Shown here piece after piece: positions 58,501 to 64,000 of a stretch of DNA of 64,000 bases; the stretch's first letter is position 1; each line of letters begins with the position of its first letter. The notes under the pieces are model-generated. The model was not told the origin of the DNA. It searched no databases and was given only the letters and a program-made list of their open reading frames with translations. Location of the stretch: contig CABRNB010000001.1 of assembly GCA_902472225.1 (NCBI GenBank), positions 29,315-93,314 on the forward strand. Direction: 5' to 3'. The stretch comes from an uncultured Anaeromassilibacillus sp. (GTDB taxonomy: Bacteria; Bacillota; Clostridia; Oscillospirales; Acutalibacteraceae). A program made the position numbers and the translations under genes.

Positions 58501-60085
58501 CGCGGATGGCGTCGATTGGCGGGTTGGTCACCTGGGCGAACATCTGCTTGAAGTAGTGGAACAGCGGCTGATACTCGCCGGAGAGAGCCGCGATCGGCGT
58601 GTCAACGCCCATTGCGCCGATTTGCTCGCTGCCGCCGAGCGCCATGGCGCAGATGGCTCCGCGATACTCCTCATAGGTATAGCCAAACGCCTTCTCGAGG
58701 CGGGCGGCCTGCTCGCGGGAGAGAGGCGGGACCTTGCGGTTCGGAATCTTGAGATCGCTGAGAGAAACGAGATTGCTGTCAAGCCACTCGCCGTAAGGCT
58801 CCTTCTTCGCGTACCGTTCCTTGACTTCCTCGTCGGTGAGCACCTTGCCCTGCACGGTGTCGACGAGCAGAAGCTTGCCGGGATGCAGCCGCTCCTTCCG
58901 GAGGATCTGATCCTCGGGCAGGTCGAGAACACCGACCTCCGAAGAAAGAATGAGTCTTCCGTCCGCCATGATATAGTAGCGCGACGGACGCAGGCCGTTG
59001 CGGTCGAGAACCGCGCCCATGAGGTCGCCGTCGGAGAACAGGATCGATGCGGGGCCGTCCCATGGCTCCATCATCGTCGCGTAATACTGATAGAAGTCCC
59101 GCAGCTCCTGCGAGATGGTGTCATTGTGGTTCCAGGGCTCGGGAATCGCGATCATAACGGCGAGCGGCAGCTCCATCCCGCTCATCACGAGGAACTCGAG
59201 CGTGTTGTCGAGCATCGCGGAGTCGGAACCCGACGTGTTGACGACGGGCAGCACCTTCGTGATGTCGTCGGCGCTGAATGCCGGGGCACGCATGGTCTCC
59301 TCACGGGCGAGCATCTTATCGGCGTTGCCGCGGATGGTATTGATTTCGCCGTTGTGGACGATAAAACGGTTCGGGTGGGCGCGTTCCCAGCTCGGGTTGG
59401 TGTTGGTGGAGAAGCGAGAGTGCACAATCGCGATCGCGGAGTCGTAGTCCTCGTCCTGCAGATCGCAGAAGAAGGTGCGCAGCTGGCCGACAAGGAACAT
59501 TCCCTTGTAGACAATGGTACGGCTCGAGAGCGACGGCACGTAGGTGTTGTCGTTGCTCTGCTCAAAGACGCGGCGCGCAATATAGAGGCGGCGATCGAAG
59601 GGGAGGCCCTTCTCCACGTCCTCCGGCTTTTTCACAAAGGCCTGACAGATGACCGGCATACAGGCGAGAGCTTTGTGGCCGAGCACCTCCGGGCAGGTTG
59701 GTACATCGCGCCAGCCGAGAAACTCGAGACCTTCCTTCTGCAGGATGATCTCGAACATCTTCTTTGCCTGACTGCGGCGCAGCTCGTCCTGCGGGAAGAA
59801 GAACATTCCCACGCCGTATTCGCGCTCCCCGCCGATGGCAATGCCCGCCTCGGCACAGACCTTCGCGAAGAAACGGTGGGAGATCTGTGTGAGGATGCCG
59901 ACGCCGTCGCCCGTCTTACCTTCCGCATCTTTACCGGCGCGGTGCTCCAGGTGTTCCACGATTTTAAGGGCGTCTGCCACCACCTGATGGCTTCTGACGC
60001 CTCTGATATTCACGACGGCTCCGATGCCGCAGTTGTCGTGCTCGAGCTCGGGGCAGTAGAGCGTCTGCGGATTGTTTGCGTTCAT
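55553..60085 (-). CDS. gltB: glutamate synthase large subunit
   Basis: 1510 aa. N-terminal Ntn amidotransferase (CGIGAV), FMN/3Fe-4S central domain, C-terminal GXGXG domain. Confidence 0.95.
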   Translation of the reverse strand: MNANNPQTLYCPELEHDNCGIGAVVNIRGVRSHQVVADALKIVEHLEHRAGKDAEGKTGDGVGILTQISHRFFAKVCAEAGIAIGGEREYGVGMFFFPQDELRRSQAKKMFEIILQKEGLEFLGWRDVPTCPEVLGHKALACMPVICQAFVKKPEDVEKGLPFDRRLYIARRVFEQSNDNTYVPSLSSRTIVYKGMFLVGQLRTFFCDLQDEDYDSAIAIVHSRFSTNTNPSWERAHPNRFIVHNGEINTIRGNADKMLAREETMRAPAFSADDITKVLPVVNTSGSDSAMLDNTLEFLVMSGMELPLAVMIAIPEPWNHNDTISQELRDFYQYYATMMEPWDGPASILFSDGDLMGAVLDRNGLRPSRYYIMADGRLILSSEVGVLDLPEDQILRKERLHPGKLLLVDTVQGKVLTDEEVKERYAKKEPYGEWLDSNLVSLSDLKIPNRKVPPLSREQAARLEKAFGYTYEEYRGAICAMALGGSEQIGAMGVDTPIAALSGEYQPLFHYFKQMFAQVTNPPIDAIREKIVTSTTVYAGKNGNLLQESPENCHVLKINNPILTDLDLLKIKGMQKPGFQVTTVPIVFYKSTPMDRVLEPLFVAVDKAYREGANILILSDRGVDENHVAIPSLLAVSAVHKHLVKTKKCTALSIILESGEPRDVHHFAALLGYGACAVNPYLAHAAIASLVEDGLLDKDYYAAVDDYDNAILQGIVKIASKMGISTIQSYQGSQIFEALGISQEVVDKYFTGTVSRIGGITLADIAKRTDDQHSKAFDPLGLETDLTLASPGRHKLRSGGETHRYNPQTIHLLQKATREGSYELFQEYTKLVDAEQTGYLRSLMEFAYPEHGVPLEEVEPVESIVRRFKTGAMSYGSISQEAHEALALAMNHLHGKSNSGEGGESDDRLASAGTDHDRSSAIKQVASGRFGVTSRYLVSAKEIQIKMAQGAKPGEGGHLPARKVYPWIAKTRHSTPGVSLISPPPHHDIYSIEDLAQLIYDLKNANKNARISVKLVSEAGVGTVAAGVAKAGAQVVLISGYDGGTGAAPLSSIHDAGLPWELGLAETHQTLLQNGLRDRVVIETDGKLMSGRDVAIAALLGAEEFGFATAPLVTLGCVMMRVCNLDTCPMGIATQNPELRKRFCGKPEYVENFMRFIAEELREYMARLGVRTVDEMVGRTDLLRQRTDLTGAAARLDLSRILCPGCAQNVTFSPDHAYDFELEKTKDEAVLLRDKGLLDTLAGGKKRTFRVALTNTDRTFGTLLGAEITRRHPEGMEDDTVTVACTGAGGQSFGAFLPKGLTLDLCGDSNDYFGKGLSGGKLIVHPSPAARFVPEDNIIVGNVALYGATSGEAYINGVAGERFCVRNSGAVAVVEGVGEHGCEYMTGGRAVILGPTGKNFAAGMSGGVAYVLDEHNALYRNLNKSMVSMEKVESKADREELRRLIEAHVRHTGSAKGKRILEDFESYLPKFKKIIPEDYKRLMQLSAQFEEQGMSREEAQIEAFYASIRS

Positions 60086-60665
60086 CGTTCATCCTCCTTG
60101 TGCGGTTTTGGGCGGAAAAAAGGCGCCAAAGACCATGCCGCGCACTGCGGCATACGGTCTTTGACGCCTTTGTCAAATCCGAAGCTCAAAATCCTGATTT
60201 CTTTCTCTACCACTATACGCTATTTTCGTCTGTTTTGCAAAGCTTTTTTTGCCTGTTTCCGCCGAATTGTCGTTGTGGGAAAAAATTGTGTGAGAAATGC
60301 TCGTCTTTCCATCAAAATGCAATAAAAACATTCACAAGATTTATATTTTCTTTCTTCCAACTTCTGCAAACAGCCTGAAATTCCGGAATATTCCTGGAAA
60401 AACCTGAAAACGCAAAATTAACAAAGAGATTGATTTTGAAGGAAACTTGTGAGAAACTTTCAAAAAGCTGTTTCCATAAAGAGAAGGGGAAGGACTTGCC
60501 GCTGATCGATTTTCTTTGCTTTTTTCTCTGATCTGGTATATGATAGAAGCAAAATATAGAAGCGGAACAGGCCGAATGGCCTTTGGCGGAAACATTGGCT
60601 TCCCGGCGTCCACGGGAGGCTCGAAAACGATATTTTCAAAAATCGGATAAAAAAGGAGAAGTGAT

Positions 60666-61607
60666 ATGGCAAGAAGAGTTAAATATCTGATTGATACGGA
60701 AAATGTAGGGAGCTCCTGGACGGAGCTGCTTCCTTTCCTTGGCAAGAATGACGAGATTCTGCTTTTTTACACGACCAATTCACCCGGCATCCCTTACCGG
60801 GATTTGCAGATGATTATGGAACATCCGTTCCAGCTTGAAATGATCCCGTGCAACACGGGGAAAAACGGTCTAGACTTTCAGCTTTCAAGCTATCTCGGTT
60901 ATTTGCTCCGCTCCTCCGCGAAGGCGCGGTACGTGATCCTTTCCAAGGATATGGGCTATGATCCGCTTGTCCAGTTCTGGAAGGAGCGCGGGGCGGAGAT
61001 CACACGTGAGAGTGCGCAGGAGGTTGTGAAGGCCGTTCGCGCTGCCGCTGAGCAGAAAACCGTTCAGGAGGAGCAGCAGCTCCCGGCGCAGGCGGAGCTT
61101 ACGGGAAGGAAGCAGCCGGAGCTTGCAGCGCAGGGAGAACCCACAGAAAAGAAGCAGCCGGAGCTTGCAGAAAAAGTGCAGCCCTCCGTAAACAAGCAGC
61201 CGGCTCTCCCGGTATGGGCGGAGTCTGCGGCAAACAAACTGCCGGAGCCGGCAAGAGCGGCCGAGACAGTAAATTTGGCACAGGCAGAGGCAGCAGATAA
61301 AGCTCCGAATGCGGCTGCGGAGCAGCAGGCTCCCGCGAAGAAGGGCCGCGGCCGGAGAAGAAAGGCGAAGCCTGCTCCTGCGCTGGAGCAGAGGGTCGAA
61401 GAGCTTGTTCCCGAGACCTTCCGCAGTCCGGAGAATATCCGCGACGTGGTAAGCATTGTGCGTGAGAATTATCCAAGCGGCCTGCAGGAGGTCAATAAGG
61501 CCCTGACCTCCCGTTTCGGTCAGGAGGGCGGGAATGACCTGTACCGTGCCCTTAAACGTTCCTTCCGCGCCATTTGCGCCGCGGAGCAGGGCAGTGAAAC
61601 AACATAA
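60666..61607 (+). CDS. hypothetical protein: N-terminal PIN/NYN-like domain, central low-complexity Q/A/E/K/P-rich repeats (KQPELA), conserved C-terminal domain
   Basis: N-terminal 110 aa (VKYLIDTENVG...YVILSKDMGYDPLVQ) with acidic residues placed as in NYN/PIN nuclease folds. Tandem peptide repeats GRKQPELAAQGEPTEKKQPELAEKVQPSVNKQPALP. Basic stretch KKGRGRRRKAKPAP. RBS AAAGGAGAAG. Confidence 0.5.
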   Translation: MARRVKYLIDTENVGSSWTELLPFLGKNDEILLFYTTNSPGIPYRDLQMIMEHPFQLEMIPCNTGKNGLDFQLSSYLGYLLRSSAKARYVILSKDMGYDPLVQFWKERGAEITRESAQEVVKAVRAAAEQKTVQEEQQLPAQAELTGRKQPELAAQGEPTEKKQPELAEKVQPSVNKQPALPVWAESAANKLPEPARAAETVNLAQAEAADKAPNAAAEQQAPAKKGRGRRRKAKPAPALEQRVEELVPETFRSPENIRDVVSIVRENYPSGLQEVNKALTSRFGQEGGNDLYRALKRSFRAICAAEQGSETT

Positions 61608-61697
61608 GCAGCGCCCCCGGACATTCCGTTAACAACGGAGTGCCCGGGGGTTTTTCCTTTTCGGCGTTCTGCGGGGTGTGCAAGGTTACCGGCGGGC

Positions 61698-63113
61698 TCA
61701 GTCCGGGAAATGGCGGTGGCAGCTGATGCCGAGGTACTTTGCGGCCTCCTCGAGAATGTCGGCCACATGACCGCGCACAAAGCAGACATGGTGCTCAAAA
61801 CCGTTCTCGCACAGGTAACGCAGAAGCTTCTGTAATCCCGGCACGCGGCAATTCGCGACGCCGCCTTTTGTCGGGATTTTTTCAGCCTCAAACGAGCCCT
61901 CGCCCACGTACATTTTGAGCTCGCCCCGCGCGTCGTCGGTCGAAAAGCGAACAAAAGTCATCGGACCGGGAGCTACCTGTCCCTTGCACGCGCCGAAGGT
62001 GCGCTCGCGGCCAAGTGTGCTGCCGAGTACGTCAAGGCATTCGATCTCGATCTGAGGCGCGGCAAAGAAGCTCTTCGGAAAGTTTGAACAGTGCAGCGAC
62101 ACACAGCAGTCACGGTCGTCGCGGATGTTGTTGTTCCAGTCCATGAGAGCGGGGGCGCTCTGCGCGGCGAGCTGTGCCGCAAGCATGGAGACCGCGCCCG
62201 TCACGTCGCTCTCGCAGGCGCTGGGCAATCCCTTTTCGCCCATCATGCTCATCGCAAGGCAGGCGGCGCAGCCATAGTTGTTCTCAAGGCTGTCCCAGCA
62301 CTGCACGGTGGAGGCGCTGCAGTCGAGCTTCCTCACAAAATCCTCCAACGCGAGGCACAGCCGCGCCTGCCGCGTGATTTTATAGTCCTCGATGGATGCC
62401 GGAATGGAACCGTACGCGCGGATCTCGGCTTCCTTCGCCCGCACGGCTTCCCCGTCCGTCATCGATTCCGCCGCCGCGATCACTTCACTGAGGTCGACCG
62501 TCTGCACGGCAATGCCGTGCTTTTGCAGGATTTTCTCGGAGAAACGAACAGTGTTGAACGCCACGGGGCGTGCGCCGAGCATTGCGATCCGTGCGCCGCG
62601 CAGGCCGTTGACCACGCGGCAGACCCCGGCGAAGCGGAGCAAATCGGCCTCGAACTCCGGACCGTCGATCGGACAGGTGTGCAGCTGCGTAAGGCTGAAC
62701 GGGATGCCGCGCTGGTACAGGTTGTTGCACAGGCTCAGCTTGCCGCAGAACGCGTCGCGGCGGTTCGCCATGTCGAGCTTGTCGAAGTCGTCGTCGCATG
62801 CCTGCACGAGGACGGGGACGTTCAGCCCGGCCAGCGAGATGGCCTCGGCCACGCCCAGCTCTTCGCCGAAGTTCGGCAGGATGCAGAGAATGCCGTCAAT
62901 CTCGTCCGCGTGAGCCCGGAAGAGCTTTGCGCATGTCTTTGCTTCCTCATATGTCAGCACCGCACCGAATTCGGTATCCTCCTCGGAGACCATCACACAG
63001 CCGAAGCCGAGCCGGTTGAGCAGTGCGGTGATTTTTTCACGCGCCGTTTTGACAAGGTGAGACGGGAAAAAGCTTCGCGTGGTCACGATGACGCCGAAGG
63101 TTTGCTTTGTCAT
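61698..63113 (-). CDS. L-fucose/L-arabinose isomerase-family protein
   Basis: 471 aa. Similarity pattern to the FucI/AraA C-terminal and central domains. RBS GGGAGGAAAG. Confidence 0.6.
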   Translation of the reverse strand: MTKQTFGVIVTTRSFFPSHLVKTAREKITALLNRLGFGCVMVSEEDTEFGAVLTYEEAKTCAKLFRAHADEIDGILCILPNFGEELGVAEAISLAGLNVPVLVQACDDDFDKLDMANRRDAFCGKLSLCNNLYQRGIPFSLTQLHTCPIDGPEFEADLLRFAGVCRVVNGLRGARIAMLGARPVAFNTVRFSEKILQKHGIAVQTVDLSEVIAAAESMTDGEAVRAKEAEIRAYGSIPASIEDYKITRQARLCLALEDFVRKLDCSASTVQCWDSLENNYGCAACLAMSMMGEKGLPSACESDVTGAVSMLAAQLAAQSAPALMDWNNNIRDDRDCCVSLHCSNFPKSFFAAPQIEIECLDVLGSTLGRERTFGACKGQVAPGPMTFVRFSTDDARGELKMYVGEGSFEAEKIPTKGGVANCRVPGLQKLLRYLCENGFEHHVCFVRGHVADILEEAAKYLGISCHRHFPD

Positions 63114-63450
63114 TTTTTCTTTCCTCCCAATCGATTTGTTTTGCCGTCAGAAAGCCGCCCATCCGTCTGCGCGTCAGCTGCCGGAAAACGGGATCGCGCG
63201 GCTATCAGGCTGTTATCAGAAAAATATGGTTTCTTACAGTGCGGGCAGTGCAGGATGCTTCCGGTACGTTCTCGGGAGCAGAAGGCTGCGCGCTGCGGAA
63301 CGCAATGCTTCAACGAAGCTCTCGTTCTCGGTGATCCGCACAGTGATCAGCACAGGAAACAGGGGGGCACCGTGAGCTCCTCACAACGAGCCGGATCAGC
63401 CTATTTTCGCTGTTCCGCACAGGAAACAGGGGCTTCAGCAGAGGGCCAAA

Positions 63451-64000
63451 CTACTTTCCGGCCACGGCAGCAACAGCCTCTCGCCAGCCCCGCAGAAGCT
63501 TGCCGCGTTCTGTGTTCTCCATCTCCGGCAGAATTTCGCGCTCGTGCAGACCCGCAAAGATCTGCTCTTCGGAGACAAGTCCCGCGCCGATCGCGGCGCA
63601 GTATGCCGCCCCGGCTCCGGAGAGTTCCTCCGTTTCGCTTACGAGCAGGGGCATGCCGAGCAGACCGGCTTGAAAGCGCATCAGGAAGCGGTCGCGCGTC
63701 GGGCCGCCGTCGGCGCACAGACGGGAGAGCGGTCTTCCCGCCGCTTCCGTTACGCTCTCCACCACATCTCGGATCTGGTAGGCAATGCACTCCTCCGCCG
63801 CGCGCACAAGATGAGCGGGGCGTGTCGAGCGGTCCATCCCAATGATGGCCGCGCGTGCCTTATCGTTGAAATACGGCGCGCCCAGACCGCTGAAAGCCGG
63901 TACAAGATAGACGCCGCCGTTGCCGCTCAGCGAGGCGGCGATGCTTCCCGACAGAGACGGCTTTTCAAGCAGCCCCATCTCCACGAGCCAGGTGATCACT
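63451..64000 (-). CDS. FGGY-family carbohydrate kinase, C-terminal part (5' end outside the window)
   Basis: FGGY_C motifs (YLVPAFSGLGAPYF...GGPTRDRFLMRFQAGLLGMPL). Confidence 0.7.
   Translation of the reverse strand, partial: VITWLVEMGLLEKPSLSGSIAASLSGNGGVYLVPAFSGLGAPYFNDKARAAIIGMDRSTRPAHLVRAAEECIAYQIRDVVESVTEAAGRPLSRLCADGGPTRDRFLMRFQAGLLGMPLLVSETEELSGAGAAYCAAIGAGLVSEEQIFAGLHEREILPEMENTERGKLLRGWREAVAAVAGK

Noticed and set aside
55841-60325. 673-aa and 763-aa plus-strand ORFs
   Set aside because: Both are antisense to gltB, an unambiguous 1510-aa glutamate synthase.
1-64000. Mobile elements, integrases, transposases, phage genes, toxin-antitoxin or known defence systems
   Set aside because: No integrase or transposase motifs (DDE, tyrosine recombinase R-H-R-Y context), terminal inverted repeats or phage structural signatures were seen. 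The AT-rich island lacks any coding capacity.

Overview
High-GC (about 60 % or more) Firmicutes/Clostridia-like chromosomal segment, probably Oscillospiraceae/Ruminococcaceae-like. It is densely coding on both strands, with Shine-Dalgarno sites of the GGAGG type.

Core metabolism:
- 3' end of an [FeFe]-hydrogenase gene.
- pyrC-pyrF-pyrK-pyrD pyrimidine block, followed by an unusual Fe-ADH/histidine-phosphatase fusion gene and ruvX.
- Tetrapyrrole/siroheme cluster: hemA, hemC, cobA-hemD fusion, an embedded hexapeptide acetyltransferase, hemB, hemL, sirC.
- Rhamnose operon (AraC regulator, rhaB, rhaA, rhaD).
- gltB-gltD glutamate synthase.
- trxB and dcd.

Accessory modules:
- An anomeric sugar kinase plus sugar-1-phosphate nucleotidyltransferase pair (AmgK/MurU- or NahK-like) with two AraC regulators.
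- An OmpR-type two-component system next to a MacB/FtsX-type ABC exporter with a 709-aa repeat-rich surface protein.
- A decayed locus: a 5'-truncated sulfatase and a short solute-binding protein.
- Tandem DegV paralogs.
- A four-gene Gfo/Idh/MocA plus xylose-isomerase-like TIM-barrel cluster with a divergent AraC regulator.
- A sulfur-redox cluster: AsrC-like sulfite reductase, LysR regulator, CoA-disulfide reductase with rhodanese domain.
- A fucose-isomerase-like gene with the 3' end of an FGGY kinase.

The most unusual region is an AT-rich (about 42 % GC) 1.5-kb island at 26.0-27.7 kb with no credible ORF. A near-consensus sigma-70 promoter drives about 1.26 kb of noncoding sequence containing roughly 4.5 degenerate tandem repeats of about 110 nt each, closed by a GC-rich hairpin. 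This is a candidate novel long structured or repeat ncRNA.

No CRISPR arrays, rRNA/tRNA genes or transposases were recognised. Several long ORFs in the six-frame track are antisense artefacts of real genes in high-GC DNA.
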